A stretch of 64,000 bases of DNA from an uncultured delta proteobacterium (GTDB taxonomy: Bacteria > Myxococcota_A > Polyangia > Polyangiales > Polyangiaceae), in the NCBI GenBank assembly GCA_963696385.1, contig CAVOKF010000005.1, positions 128,001 through 192,000 of the forward strand. Reading direction: 5' to 3'. A model generated the notes under the pieces. That model ran no database searches, was not told the origin of the DNA, and was given only the letters and a program-made list of their open reading frames with translations. The position numbers and the translations under genes were made by a program. Positions 20,841-32,092 of the stretch are shown here, piece after piece. Positions within the stretch are counted from its first letter, which is position 1, and each line of letters begins with the position of its first letter.

Positions 20841-21005
20841 GCCCAATTTACGAATGATGCCACGCTGCCCGGCCCGTGTGCAGCCCGTTTGCGTATCGGC
20901 CGACCGAGAAGTCGTCCAGGAAGACCATGGCGACAATTCAGACATGGGAGGGCACTGCACGGACCGAGCTCGCTGCAACGACGGCGCGGTGTAGACTGCG
21001 AGGAG

Positions 21006-23267
21006 ATGCTGTCGCTTTTGCATGCGCCGCAATCGTCCACGGCTACATGGATCGCCGCCCTCTGTTTCGCCCTCTTCTCGACCGGTTGCGGCGCGCGGGT
21101 AGCGAAGGCTCCAACGTTCGCGACGGAGCGGGCGGCGCCTCCCTCGGCCGAGGTGAGCGACGACGCGTTCGCCGTTGCGGTGCGCGACTTACTGCTGAGC
21201 GCGCCCGGGACGTCTGAGCGCGCGGTGCGGCTTACGGCAGTCGAAGGACGGCAGATGGCGCGCGCCGTCGCGCGGTTCAACACCCGCGCCGTGGATCGAG
21301 CTCTGGCCGCTGTGACTGGGGGCCTCTACCTCCTCCGCGCCGGAGACTCGGTGCCCGGGCTGCTCGGCGGCAACGGCTGGGCTGCCCTCGACTCTGCGGT
21401 GAAGGAGCTGGCTTTGCGCGGCGACGAGGGGCGGTCTCGCGCCATCTACGATCTGCTCCTGAGGCTGGCGCCGGCCGAGAAGCGAGCCGATGTGCTTGGC
21501 CACCTTGACGCACTCGATGAATGGACACGGACCGCGGTCGTGGAAGGGGGCACCGTCGCCAGCGCCGGCGCGCTGGAGAGGGTCGCCGTGCACCGGCGCC
21601 TTCTCGAGCCGACCGAAGCGGCCGTCGCCGATGCCACCAAGGCGACTACGGAATGGATCCAGCGGGCTCTTGCGCTGCGCGACAAGTTTAGAAGGACGCG
21701 TGCTCAACCCGACCGCGAAGAGGGTGCCGAAGCGTGGCGCGCCCTCGAGACCGGGCCTTTGGTGCTCGCCTCCATTTACTTGCGCGACGCGGACATCCGC
21801 GGCGCGCTTGCCGTCCTGGACCGGGCCCAAGCCCGTGAGCTCCTCGAGTCGGAACGTCCCCAGTTCGCCGCAGCCCTCCAGGCGGCGGCTCAGGATCCGA
21901 CCATCGCACGGTGCGTTGACTTGCTGACTCAGATCCGATCACTCACCAGCCGAGAACCAGGGCGTGACGAGGGAGAGTTTGCCGACGATCGCGACGTGTT
22001 GGGGGCGGCCGCCTTCGGGGTCGCTAGCGAATGTTACCGTTTGGACCCGACCGTCCCACAAGTCGCAATGTCGCTCGTTGTCGCTCTTGACGAGCTTGGG
22101 ATGGTCGAAAGCTCACCGGCCGTCCTGCTGGAGGCGGTGCGTGCCCACCCGGAACCAGCGGTCACGAGTGAGGCGCTCGGTCTCACTCTCGCTGCCATGG
22201 CCAGTGAAGAAGAAGCGGGTGAACCAGACGCCGCACGGCGTACGTTCCGCGTCGCGCAACCGTTGCTCGCCATCGCTGGCCAGACCGGGCTGGTCGGCAA
22301 GGTTCGTCCAAGCGCGGCTCGCATCCGGGCGACCATGGGCGAGATCGAGCTTCGGGAAGGACGGATCGATCAGGCTCGCGCGCTACTCAAGGAATCGGCA
22401 GACGAGGAACCATCGGGCGGCGTACTTCTCGTACTGGCGCGGATTGAGTGGCGAGACGGCCACGCCCCGGCCGCGCTCGAACACCTCCGTGCGGCGCTCG
22501 CGGCGCAAGACGCTCAATCCGACGGAGCGCTACGGGGAGAGGTTCTGCTGACAATCAGTGACCTGGCGCGCGAAAAGGGAGATGTGGCGGCCGCGCGCAC
22601 TCCGCTGGCGGAAGCTCTGAAGGAGCTCGTTCAATCCCGAAACGCTCCGAATGCCGACACGCGCGCAAGGATCGAGCGCGTCCTTTCGCGGGTTCTGGAC
22701 CGATTCGGTGCGGCGCAACCTGCGGAGCGTGCACTCGAGCGCGCATACGACGCGGCGCCGGGGGACAAGCACCAAGCGGCGCAGACCATCGAACTTCTGA
22801 TCGGCCGTGCCTTCGTCCGGGGCGACGTTGCATCTGCCCGGGATGGCCTGCAGCGGGCGCTGGCCGTCGATCTCGACGTCGACGACCTCGTCTACTTCGC
22901 CCTTTGGGTGCGTCTTCTCGAGCGCCAGATGCACGTCGGAACGGACGGAATGCCGGATCGTGTCTTCGCTTCGATTCCGGACGATGGTCGCTGGATCGCT
23001 ACGCTAGCGCGGTTCGGTGAGGGAAAGCTCAAGGCTGAGGACCTCGTCCTGCGAGCGACGACGCCCATTCAGAGGTACGAGTCGCTCTTTTATGCGGCTA
23101 TGGACCGCCGAGTGTCGGGCGATACCAAAGGCGGCGACGAACTTCTGCGCCAGGTCGTCGCCGGAACTGGCTTAGAGCTCAGCGAAGTCACGCTTGCGCG
23201 CGACATCCTCGACCCGGGACGGGCGCAGATCGGCGGCCCGCTGCCTCCGGACATCGCCATACCATGA
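21006..23267 (+). CDS. Large helical/TPR-like putative lipoprotein
   Basis: Signal peptide ending FSTGC; Ala/Leu-rich helical repeats. The ORF-track extension to 20562 overlaps the PP2C gene and was not used. Confidence 0.7.
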   Translation: MLSLLHAPQSSTATWIAALCFALFSTGCGARVAKAPTFATERAAPPSAEVSDDAFAVAVRDLLLSAPGTSERAVRLTAVEGRQMARAVARFNTRAVDRALAAVTGGLYLLRAGDSVPGLLGGNGWAALDSAVKELALRGDEGRSRAIYDLLLRLAPAEKRADVLGHLDALDEWTRTAVVEGGTVASAGALERVAVHRRLLEPTEAAVADATKATTEWIQRALALRDKFRRTRAQPDREEGAEAWRALETGPLVLASIYLRDADIRGALAVLDRAQARELLESERPQFAAALQAAAQDPTIARCVDLLTQIRSLTSREPGRDEGEFADDRDVLGAAAFGVASECYRLDPTVPQVAMSLVVALDELGMVESSPAVLLEAVRAHPEPAVTSEALGLTLAAMASEEEAGEPDAARRTFRVAQPLLAIAGQTGLVGKVRPSAARIRATMGEIELREGRIDQARALLKESADEEPSGGVLLVLARIEWRDGHAPAALEHLRAALAAQDAQSDGALRGEVLLTISDLAREKGDVAAARTPLAEALKELVQSRNAPNADTRARIERVLSRVLDRFGAAQPAERALERAYDAAPGDKHQAAQTIELLIGRAFVRGDVASARDGLQRALAVDLDVDDLVYFALWVRLLERQMHVGTDGMPDRVFASIPDDGRWIATLARFGEGKLKAEDLVLRATTPIQRYESLFYAAMDRRVSGDTKGGDELLRQVVAGTGLELSEVTLARDILDPGRAQIGGPLPPDIAIP

Positions 23268-23295
23268 CTTACCGGCTTCAGGCGATCGGGAGGGC

Positions 23296-24201
23296 ATGAG
23301 CAGCCGACCCGCGATTCGCCGCGCCATCGACTGGGGCGAGCTGTCGCCCCTTCGTCTGCGCGCCCGCGAGGTTGCCGAGGGCCTCTACGCGGGTATTCAC
23401 CGAAGCTCGTTGCGTGGCGCTGGCATTGAGTTCGGAGGGTACAGGGAGTACGTCCCCGGCGACGACCTGCGCTGGCTCGACCGTCGCTCGCTCCTCAGAC
23501 ACGATCGATGGTTGGTCCGCCAATTCGAGACCGAGACCGATCGTGCGGTGGCCATCGTCCTTGACGCGTCGGCGTCGATGACCTACCGCGGCCCGCGCGC
23601 GCCGGCCGCGAAGATCGCATTCGCCTCCGTCGTCGCCGCGGCGCTGGCGCGCGTCGCTCTGGCGAGTGGCGATCCGGTCAGCCTGACCTTTATCGCCGGC
23701 GTTCGCGTGACGCCGGTTCGACGAGCCAGCGGACAAGAGCAATTCGAACGCGTGCTGGTGGCTCTCGAGTCCGCAGAGCCGGGCGGAGACGCCTATACGG
23801 ATCCGGAAGTCATCGATCGCGTGATCCAGTCGGTGGCGCGCAGTAACCGTCGCGGTGCGATCATCGTTGTGCTAAGCGATCTGGTGGATTGGCCGGACGG
23901 GGCGATCGACCGGGTCGCAACGATGGGGACGGGAGGGCGCATTCTGGTGGTCACGCGCGTGCTCGATCCCGCCGAGGCGAACTTTCCCTTCGAAGGCACC
24001 GTCCGCCTCCGCGCGCTCGAGGGTGAATCCATGGTCGAGACCGACGCCGATGCGGCCCGCGAAAGCTATCTTCGAGCGCTCGCACGCCTGACGCACGACT
24101 GGCGGGACGCTATGGTTCGTCGTGGCGGTCGATTTCTGACCGCTACCAGCGCGGATTCCCCGGTCACGCTCGTTCGCGAGATCGTCGAGTCAGTCCGATA
24201 G
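23296..24201 (+). CDS. DUF58 family protein
   Basis: G.HRS..RG.GIEF..YREY.PGDDLRWLD, VLDASASM, LSDL. Confidence 0.9.
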   Translation: MSSRPAIRRAIDWGELSPLRLRAREVAEGLYAGIHRSSLRGAGIEFGGYREYVPGDDLRWLDRRSLLRHDRWLVRQFETETDRAVAIVLDASASMTYRGPRAPAAKIAFASVVAAALARVALASGDPVSLTFIAGVRVTPVRRASGQEQFERVLVALESAEPGGDAYTDPEVIDRVIQSVARSNRRGAIIVVLSDLVDWPDGAIDRVATMGTGGRILVVTRVLDPAEANFPFEGTVRLRALEGESMVETDADAARESYLRALARLTHDWRDAMVRRGGRFLTATSADSPVTLVREIVESVR

Positions 24202-24333
24202 CCGGAATCCTGCGTTCATTCTATCGCGCGAGCATCGGGCCGAGAGCGCCGTCACGGACCGGGCGCCGGTCGCGATGGTCCCCGCAATGCGGCGTGCCGC
24301 GAGAAGGGGGCGCAATGCAACCACTTAGGGGGC

Positions 24334-26321
24334 GTGCGATCGCTCGGCGCATTCACGCGCATATGCTACCCGTCGCGCGTGGGCGTTCTCACCACGGTCG
24401 CGCTTGTCGTGGCCGTTCTTGTTGCAGTTCCCTTCCTCGCGCACCAGCTACGGAGGCGTCGCGCCGAAGAGCAGCCATTTCCGCCCGCTCGCCTAGTCGA
24501 CGCGGCGCCGCCGCAGGCGCGGCGCCGCTCTCGTTTGGAGGACCGTGCTCTTTTTGTCACGCGGGCTTCTGCGGTCGTAGCCCTCGCCGTGCTTGGCGCA
24601 TCGCCGTTCGTGCGATGCTCGCGGCTCTCGCTCCAACGATCGGGAGGCGCGTCGGTCGCAATGGCCATCGTCTTGGACGACTCGATGAGCATGCAGGCTG
24701 ACGCTGCCGGACGATCGCGCTTCGAGCGGGCCCGGCGCGGCGCGCACGAACTGCTGGCCTCTGCTCGAGAGGGTGACGCGGTGGCGCTTGTACTCGCTGG
24801 TAATCCTGCTCGCGTTGCGCTGGGGGCGACGACGGACATGGATGCGGCTCGTCAGGCCATCGATTCGCTCGCCGCAAGCGACCGCGCCACGGATCTCGAT
24901 GGGTCCGTCGTTCTGGCGGCGGATCTCTTGACCCCACTCCCGCAGGTCGATCGGCGGGTGGTGGTATTGAGCGACCTCGCCGACGGACATTCCGAAGGGC
25001 CGCCGCTTGGGCCCGCTTTGCCGGTACCCCTATGGGTTGCGCTTCCGGAATTGTCGGTCGACAAACCCGATTGCGGCGTTCTGCGCGCGGATAGGAAAGG
25101 GGCGCGGGTCCGAGTCGCCGTCGTTTGCGGTCCGACGCATAGCGCGGTCGGTCGCGACGTTATCGTGGAGGACGCTAAGGGCAACGAGCTCGGGCGCGAG
25201 ACCGTGAGCTCGGCGCCGAACGCCGACGTGACGGTCGTCCTGCCGTCTTCGGAACGAGCGCAGCGCGCGCGGCTCTCGGGCATCGACGCCATCGCGTCCG
25301 ACGACACGGCCCCAGTGGTTGCGGAGGTTGGACGCCAGGTGATCGCCGTGGTCGCCGACGTCGGCGATGAGGCCGTCGCCACGGGAGGCCCGCCGCTCGT
25401 CGAGCGGGCCCTCGCAGCGCTGAAGGTCGACGTCGACGTCGCGCCGGTCCCGGCGACCCCTGATCGCGTCGAGGATCTTTCCGCCGATCTCGGATTGATC
25501 ATCGATGATCCTCCCGGGCTTACTCCAGAGCAGCGGCACGCGGTCGCCGCGTTCATGGATGCCGGTGGCGTCGTTCTTTTGGCGATCGGACCACACGCCG
25601 CGGCGGCTCCCTTGGGTGCTACGCTTGAGCCGATCGCGATGCACCCTGTCTCATGGAAAGAGACCAAGGCCCGCGGATCTTCGCCGAATACAGCCGGGGT
25701 GTTGGCCGGCAGCGAGGCCACCTTGGTCGACCTCGGCGCCCCACGTCGAGCGGCGCTCAGCCCCGAGGATGTCGGGGCTTTCGAGCCCATCGTATCCTGG
25801 GAAGACGGTGCCTTGTTGGTCGGGCGCCGCACGATGGGCCGCGGCGAAGCATGGATCGTCACTCTGCCTCTTTCGATCGATGCGAGCGATCTAGCTCTCC
25901 GTCCCGCGTTCCTGGCGCTGCTCGACGCCTGGGTCGGGAGCGCACGCGAGCGTTCGGCCCCCCTGCGGAGCGACGTTGGCACTTCCTGGGGTTTCCCTGG
26001 GGCCGGTCAAGTTCTCGTTCAGGGTCCCGGCGGACCGGTTGCGACGACGCGTGACCGTGGGATCATTCGCGTCGTTCCCCCCGGATCGGCGCCTATCGCA
26101 TTACGGTCGACGGAAAGTCGGAGACCCGGATTGCGGCGCCAGTTCCGCGCGAGCTCGACATGCGCCCTCGCCCTACTCCGGCAGAGGCGACAGCGCCCAG
26201 CGTCCGCGATCGACGAGGTGCGGTAGACGCGAGCGGTCCCGTGGCCATCGCTTTGCTAGCGCTGGTGGCGCTTGAGCTCGTTCTTCGAATCGTATCGCGT
26301 CGACAGGCGGAGGCGACATGA
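24334..26321 (+). CDS. BatA/VWA domain membrane protein, with a 1-nt frameshift in the C run at 26077-26082 (start uncertain)
   Basis: VPFLAHQ N-terminal BatA-like motif and MIDAS DDSMSM. After the shift the sequence reads IGAYRITVDG...ELD...ALLALVALELVL to TGA at 26319-26321. Confidence 0.8.
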
Positions 26322-26365
26322 TGTAAACTCGGGTAGTTGCAGGGACCGACGCGAATGCCGGATCC

Positions 26366-26908
26366 ATGACAGCGCCCCGAATCGTCGCTGCGGTCCTGCT
26401 GCTAGCCGCTTGCGGCGGGCCGGGCATCTACGGACATTCACCGCAGTACCGCCCACTCGGTTCGGAGCGCGACGTCGTGGCCGGGGCGCGCGAATACGAC
26501 CCCGTCGGGCTTGCTCGCCGGCCGGACGATGGGCGATGGGGCAATGTTGTGCTCTTCGGCGTTGTCGATCGACGTCTCGTCGGCCCCGGCGGGCAGGCGC
26601 TCCTAAAGCTAGCGGTACGCCTGCTCGAGCCCCGAAACAGCTGCGAGCGCAGCGGCGACGACGACTCCTGTCGCGTGACCGTGAGCGACCAAGACGTCGG
26701 CGTTCTTTGGGCACTTGTGGCGTTGCGTGCCGACGACGACATCGGTCCGCTTGCGGTCGGACAACGGTCGCTCGTGCGCGTGGTCGGCGGGATTGCGCAA
26801 GACGTCTCTCCCGTCGACGGGGCGCCGGTCGTGCACGCCATCTGGTACCGGCATTGGCCGGTTCGGCAATATACGACGCGCGGCGCCGCGCGAATGCGGT
26901 CACCCTGA
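26366..26908 (+). CDS. Hypothetical lipoprotein
   Basis: Lipobox LAAC; fills the gap between the VWA gene and uvrB. Confidence 0.7.
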   Translation: MTAPRIVAAVLLLAACGGPGIYGHSPQYRPLGSERDVVAGAREYDPVGLARRPDDGRWGNVVLFGVVDRRLVGPGGQALLKLAVRLLEPRNSCERSGDDDSCRVTVSDQDVGVLWALVALRADDDIGPLAVGQRSLVRVVGGIAQDVSPVDGAPVVHAIWYRHWPVRQYTTRGAARMRSP

Positions 26909-26980
26909 GCCGTGCCGCCCTGGACGTCGGCACCCCGACTTGCGCGCGCCGGTGATCACCGCGATAGTTCCCTTTTGACC

Positions 26981-29120
26981 ATGCAGTCTCCGTTCCGGTT
27001 GACCACGACATTCGAGCCGAAAGGCGATCAGCCGCAGGCCATCGAACACCTTCTGCGCGGGCTCGAACGAAACGAGCGCGATCAAGTCCTGCTTGGGATC
27101 ACCGGCTCAGGCAAGACGTTCACGATCGCCAACGTCATCCGTCGCTTCGGAAGACCTACGCTCATCCTTGCACCCAACAAGACCCTTGCCGCTCAGCTCT
27201 ATGGCGAGATGCGCGAGCTTTTTCCAGAGAATGCCGTCGAGTATTTCGTAAGCTATTACGATTATTATCAGCCAGAGGCTTACATACCTTCAACCGATAC
27301 GTTCATCGACAAGGACTCAATCATCAACGATCAGATCGACCGCATGCGCCATTCGGCGACGGTTGCGCTCCTGTCGAGACGCGACGTCATCATCGTAGCG
27401 AGCGTGAGCTGCATTTACTGGAATCGGAAGTGCCGAGAGCTACCACGGCCTCGTCATGACGCTTGCGGTTGGCGAGGAGCTCCGCCGCGACACGCTCCTC
27501 CGCCAGCTCGTCGACATTCAGTACGAGAGGAACGACGTCGATTTTCACCGCGGCACGTTTCGCGTCCGCGGCGATGTGGTCGAAATATTTCCTACGTACG
27601 AGCACGACACCGCGATTCGCGTCGAGTTCTTCGGTGACGATATCGAGTCCATCAAGGAAGTGGATCCGCTGCGCGGTCGGGTGAAGGGTGTTCTCGAGCG
27701 CTACGCGATCTATCCAGGCTCGCACTACGTCACGCCGCAGACGCAGATGCGCCGCGCGATCGGAAGCATCCGCGAGGAGCTTCGCGATCGGCTCGAGTTT
27801 TTCGATAAGGAGGCGCGCTTTCTAGAGAAACAGCGAATCGAGCAGCGGACGCTATATGACCTTGAAATGATGGAGCAGATGGGGTTCTGCTCGGGAATCG
27901 AGAACTATTCGCGACACCTGTCCGGGCGCAAGGCCGGGGAACCACCACCGACCTTGCTCGATTACTTTCCTCCCGATTTCTTGCTCGTCATCGACGAGTC
28001 GCACCAGACGCTTCCTCAGCTGCAAGGGATGTATCGCGGCGATCGCGCCCGCAAGGAGACGCTTGTCGAGTACGGATTCCGCCTTCCCAGTGCGCTGGAC
28101 AACCGGCCCCTCAAGTTCGAGGAGTTCGACAGACACATTCATCGGATCATCTACGTCTCCGCCACCCCGGGAGAATACGAGATCGAGAAGGTACAGGGCG
28201 TCGTCGTCGAGCAGCTGATTCGCCCGACCGGGCTCATGGATCCTCAAGTCGAGGTGCGTTCCGTGTCGGGCCAGGTCGACGACTTATTGGGCGAGATCAA
28301 GGATCGCGCAGGCAAAGGTGAGCGCGTTCTCGTGACCACGCTCACCAAGCGCATGGCTGAAGATCTAACGGAATACTACCGCGAAATTGGCGTTCGCATT
28401 CGCTATTTGCACTCGGACATCGATACGCTCGAACGAATCGACATTCTGCGAGACTTGCGGCTCGGAGAGTTCGACGTACTCGTTGGGATCAATCTACTTC
28501 GCGAGGGGCTCGACTTACCGGAGGTCTCTCTCGTGGCCATCTTCGATGCCGACAAGGAGGGGTTCTTGAGGAGTTCTCGATCCTTGATTCAGACGATGGG
28601 CCGGGCGGCGCGGAACGTCAACGGGCGGGTCATCATGTACGCAGCGAACGTGACTCCTTCGATGAAAAACGCAATGGAGGAGACCACTCGCCGCCGCGCT
28701 GTTCAGGGCGCCTACAACGAGTCGCACGGGATCGTGCCACAGACGGTTGTGCGCGCCGTGATGAACATCAATCCCGCGTCTGGAACAATTGACTATTTCA
28801 ATGTCCCGAAGATCGACAGGGGCGTTCGACCCACGGCCACGGGCGACGATCCCGCAGGCGAAATTCAAGAGCGGCTCGCTGCCATGCGACTCGAAATGTT
28901 CTCGGCTGCCGAAAATCTCGACTTTGAAAGGGCTGCTCGCATTCGCGACGAGTTGAAGAAATTTCAAGCGGTTGCCGGTAGCGCCGGGTCCGAGAGCGAA
29001 GAGGCGGCCTTCGAACCGTACGCCTCGGGCGGCAAGCCCAAATCAGGGCCGCGCCCGCGCGGGGCAGCGAAGGCGGTCTCGGCGTCGGGCTCGAGGGGAC
29101 GGCGATACAAGGCTCGCTGA
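26981..29120 (+). CDS. uvrB: Excinuclease ABC subunit B, with a +1 frameshift at about 27419
   Basis: [46 protein letters not shown]. The join reads TGC ATT TAC t GGA ATC GGA (CIY-GIG). Confidence 0.95.
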
Positions 29121-29178
29121 AATGAGGTTTCGGGTTGGGCCCGCGTCCGCATTAGATTACGGCGTCCGACGCTAGACG

Positions 29179-30264
29179 CTAGAGCCGTTCGATGTCGCCG
29201 CGAGCCGCGAGCGCGTCGACGACCAGCCGGACGTCCTGAGCACGCTCCCGCGGAATGACGAGCACCGCGTCCTCCGTCTCAACGATGACCAGGTCATTCA
29301 CCCCGACCAGTGCCCACCGCTTGCGCGCTTGTACCCGGGTCAGGTCCCGGACCAAGTTATTCCGAGCATCGATGGCGACGGAATCTTCGGGGAGCGCATT
29401 GCCGTCCGCGTCGTGCTCGGACATCTCCCAGGTAACCTGCCAACTTCCGACGTCGGTCCAGCCGAAACTGCCGCGCACCACGGCGATGCGCTCTGCTTTT
29501 TCCATCACGCCGCGGTCGATCGAGATCGACGGCAGCGTTGGAAACACCTCGGCCAGCACCCGCGCCTCGTCCCCTCGAAGGGCCGCAGCGTCAATCGCCT
29601 CCAGACCTCGCGCGAGCTCCGGTAGGTGCTTGGCGATCGCCGCGCGCATGACGCTCACGCGGAAGAAAAACATTCCAGCATTCCACAAGTGGCGGCCTTG
29701 GGCCACGAACGTTTCGGCGAGCTGCCGCGCCGGCTTTTCGACGAAACGCCTGACCGAATGCGCCTCATGGGTTATGGCATCGCCGATCTCGATGTACCCG
29801 TAGCCGGTCTCCGGACGCGTGGGCACGACCCCGATCGTCACGAGCCAGCCTTCCTCGGCGATCTGGATGGCTCGTGCGAGTACATGACGGAATCCAGGCT
29901 CATCGGCGATGAAGTGGTCCGCGGGAAGCACCGCCACAACGGCATCGGGATCAAACCGACCAATCGTCGCGGCGGCGAGGCCAATGCAGGGAGCCGTGTT
30001 GCGCGCGACCGGCTCTGCAAGGAAGTTGGATCGCGAGAGCTGCGGCAGAGCCGCCGCTGTCGCCTCAACGAGTCGCGCCGCAGTCGAGATCCATGTTCGT
30101 TCGGCCGGCACCAGCGGTTCGATTCGTCGAACCGTGGCCGCGATGAGCGGCTCGTCGGCTCGCCCGGCAAGCGGCAGCAGTTGCTTGGGCAGCTGACGGC
30201 GTGATGCGGGCCAGAAACGCGTTCCGGCACCGCCCGCGAGAATGACGGCATAAACGTTACTCAT
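29179..30264 (-). CDS. manC: Mannose-1-phosphate guanylyltransferase
   Basis: ILAGGAGTRFWP..R...PKQ, EPVARNTAP, PETGYGYI, FVEKP, WTDVGSW. Confidence 0.92.
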   Translation of the reverse strand: MSNVYAVILAGGAGTRFWPASRRQLPKQLLPLAGRADEPLIAATVRRIEPLVPAERTWISTAARLVEATAAALPQLSRSNFLAEPVARNTAPCIGLAAATIGRFDPDAVVAVLPADHFIADEPGFRHVLARAIQIAEEGWLVTIGVVPTRPETGYGYIEIGDAITHEAHSVRRFVEKPARQLAETFVAQGRHLWNAGMFFFRVSVMRAAIAKHLPELARGLEAIDAAALRGDEARVLAEVFPTLPSISIDRGVMEKAERIAVVRGSFGWTDVGSWQVTWEMSEHDADGNALPEDSVAIDARNNLVRDLTRVQARKRWALVGVNDLVIVETEDAVLVIPRERAQDVRLVVDALAARGDIERL

Positions 30265-30294
30265 CGAATCGCTCGTATCACGCCTCGGGCCAGC

Positions 30295-31011
30295 ATGGCA
30301 CGATGGCAGGCGGTGGAACCAGACGTTGTTTTCGACCTTGAGCTCGTGCACGGCCGTTGTGTCGGCATCCGCATTCCGGACCTCCCGGATGCCGTCGAAG
30401 CGCTTGCAGAATCGATGCTACCGGCGCTGGAACGTAACGCGCATTCGACCCGCTTTGCCGTGCGACGTCGCGCATGGGTCGGAGGTCGGGTCGCCCTTCG
30501 CCGAACGCTGACTCTGCTCGACATCGAGGCGCCGGCCATCCTCTCCGACGATCGAGGTGCACCGATGTTACCGTCCGGAGTTGCGGCGTCGATCTCGCAT
30601 AAGGACTGGATAGCGGTCGCTCTCGTCGCGCGCGAGACCGAGGCCCGCGTCGGCGTCGACGTTGAGACCGACGTCGAGCCGTCGTCTGCGATCGCATCCC
30701 GCGTGCTCGCAGGCGACGAACTCTGCGAGGTGCAAGCACTCGATTCGACCGTTCGGCTGAGGGAAGTCCTCGTCCGCTTTTCGGCCAAGGAGGCGGTGTA
30801 CAAAGCGCTCGACCCGTTCGTTCGTCGCTATGTAGGCTTCAAGGAGGTCAGCATCTCCCTGCTCCCGACGGGCGATGCAGTCGTGCGATCCCAGCTGCGG
30901 GCGAAAGAAGGGCCCTTCGCCATCGGCGTAACATGGCGTCGCCATGATGGTCTCGTTCTGACCACCGCGCGGGTGGCGCCCGCCCTGCGCGGCGTCGATG
31001 CGAGCGGGTAG
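30295..31011 (+). CDS. 4'-phosphopantetheinyl transferase (EntD/Sfp-like)
   Basis: GAP..P, SISH, VGVDVE, FSAKEAVYKA. Confidence 0.88.
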   Translation: MARWQAVEPDVVFDLELVHGRCVGIRIPDLPDAVEALAESMLPALERNAHSTRFAVRRRAWVGGRVALRRTLTLLDIEAPAILSDDRGAPMLPSGVAASISHKDWIAVALVARETEARVGVDVETDVEPSSAIASRVLAGDELCEVQALDSTVRLREVLVRFSAKEAVYKALDPFVRRYVGFKEVSISLLPTGDAVVRSQLRAKEGPFAIGVTWRRHDGLVLTTARVAPALRGVDASG

Positions 31012-31032
31012 CGCGCCCGTAGAGGTCAGCCA

Positions 31033-31710
31033 GTGAACCGACGCTTCGCCTCCGTCGCGATCGCACTGTCCGTCGTCGCGTTCATGGGCCTCGAGACGGC
31101 GGCGATGTTGCTCTACCCCGGCGGCACGTGGTGGGATCCGACCTCGCATGGGTCGAGCATCTCGCAAAATTATCTATGTGACTTCGAACGGCGAGAAGCC
31201 ATTGATGGAGCAGCTAATCCGATCGGATCGTGGCTGGCGGAGGCAGCCATGTTCTCGTTGGTCCTCGGCCTAATGGCGTTCTGGAACGTCATGCCGAGCC
31301 TTATGGGTCGAGGAAAGGCCGGCCCCGTAGTGCGCACGCTTGGACTCGTCTCGCTGTTTGGAGTCGTGGCCGTGATTTTGCTGCCCAGCGATAGATTTGG
31401 CCGTCCGCACGGTGTTGCCGTGATCGTGGCCGGCGGGCCAGGGCTCGTCGCCGTGGCGCTTGCCGTTCGGGGACTTTTCCGTCGCGAGCGGCGGCCGAGG
31501 ATCGCGGCATGGCTCGGCGCGGCGACGCTAGCCATTGCCGGAGTCGATCTTATCGGGTTCGCCATGCATTTGATCGCGGGTGGTTTGGGCACTCCGCTAC
31601 TGCCTGCCTTAGAGAAGGCGGCCCTGACGCAGCTGCTGGCGTGGATGGTGGCTGTTTCGATGCGGATGGCGGGTGGGGTCAACCGAGTCTCGGGTCCATT
31701 CGAGGGCTGA
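31033..31710 (+). CDS. Hypothetical integral membrane protein
   Basis: About 6 hydrophobic segments; YPGG and N..CD motifs. Confidence 0.7.
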   Translation: MNRRFASVAIALSVVAFMGLETAAMLLYPGGTWWDPTSHGSSISQNYLCDFERREAIDGAANPIGSWLAEAAMFSLVLGLMAFWNVMPSLMGRGKAGPVVRTLGLVSLFGVVAVILLPSDRFGRPHGVAVIVAGGPGLVAVALAVRGLFRRERRPRIAAWLGAATLAIAGVDLIGFAMHLIAGGLGTPLLPALEKAALTQLLAWMVAVSMRMAGGVNRVSGPFEG

Positions 31711-31731
31711 CCCCTCGATACGGTGTGCTCC

Positions 31732-31880
31732 TCACGCCCGGCCGTAGTGGCGCTTGTAATGATCGATGAGGCCGTTCGTGGACGGGTCGTGCGTCGCGAC
31801 CGGGCCCAAGGCGGCGAGCTCGGGCTCGATCTTCTTTGCGAACTGTTTGCCGATTCCACGCCCCATTGGTCGAAGCAGGC
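31732..31880 (-). pseudogene. pgi: 3'-terminal remnant of glucose-6-phosphate isomerase
   Basis: Minus strand reads CFDQWGVE, then (one base missing at 31853/31854) GKQFAKKIEPELAALGPVATHDPSTNGLIDHYKR. This matches the PGI C-terminal signature FDQWGVELGK...HDxSTNGLI. Confidence 0.85.
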
Positions 31881-32092
31881 TGAGGTCTCTGACGACGTAA
31901 GTCATTGATGTTCAACGAACCAATGGGTGGCCTCATCCTTGCTTTATAGCGATCCATTTCCGTGTTCCGAGATCCGCGGCGTGGAATCCTCGAGGTACAC
32001 AGCCAACCGCCGGGATGCGTCCGCCGAGGGTTTGATCGATTCACCTGAATTTCGCCCCGCGGACGGGTGTCGTTCTAAATTGAAGCCATCCG

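Noticed and set aside
20562..21032. Apparent long head-to-head overlap of the PP2C and TPR ORFs
   Set aside because: Better starts at 20840 (-) and 21006 (+) remove the overlap
30295..31011. PPTase as a marker of a biosynthetic gene cluster
   Set aside because: No PKS, NRPS or carrier-protein genes in the window
31903..31915. LNIN codons upstream of the pgi remnant, resembling the WNIN that precedes FDQ
   Set aside because: Separated by 26 nt and out of frame; too short to distinguish from chance
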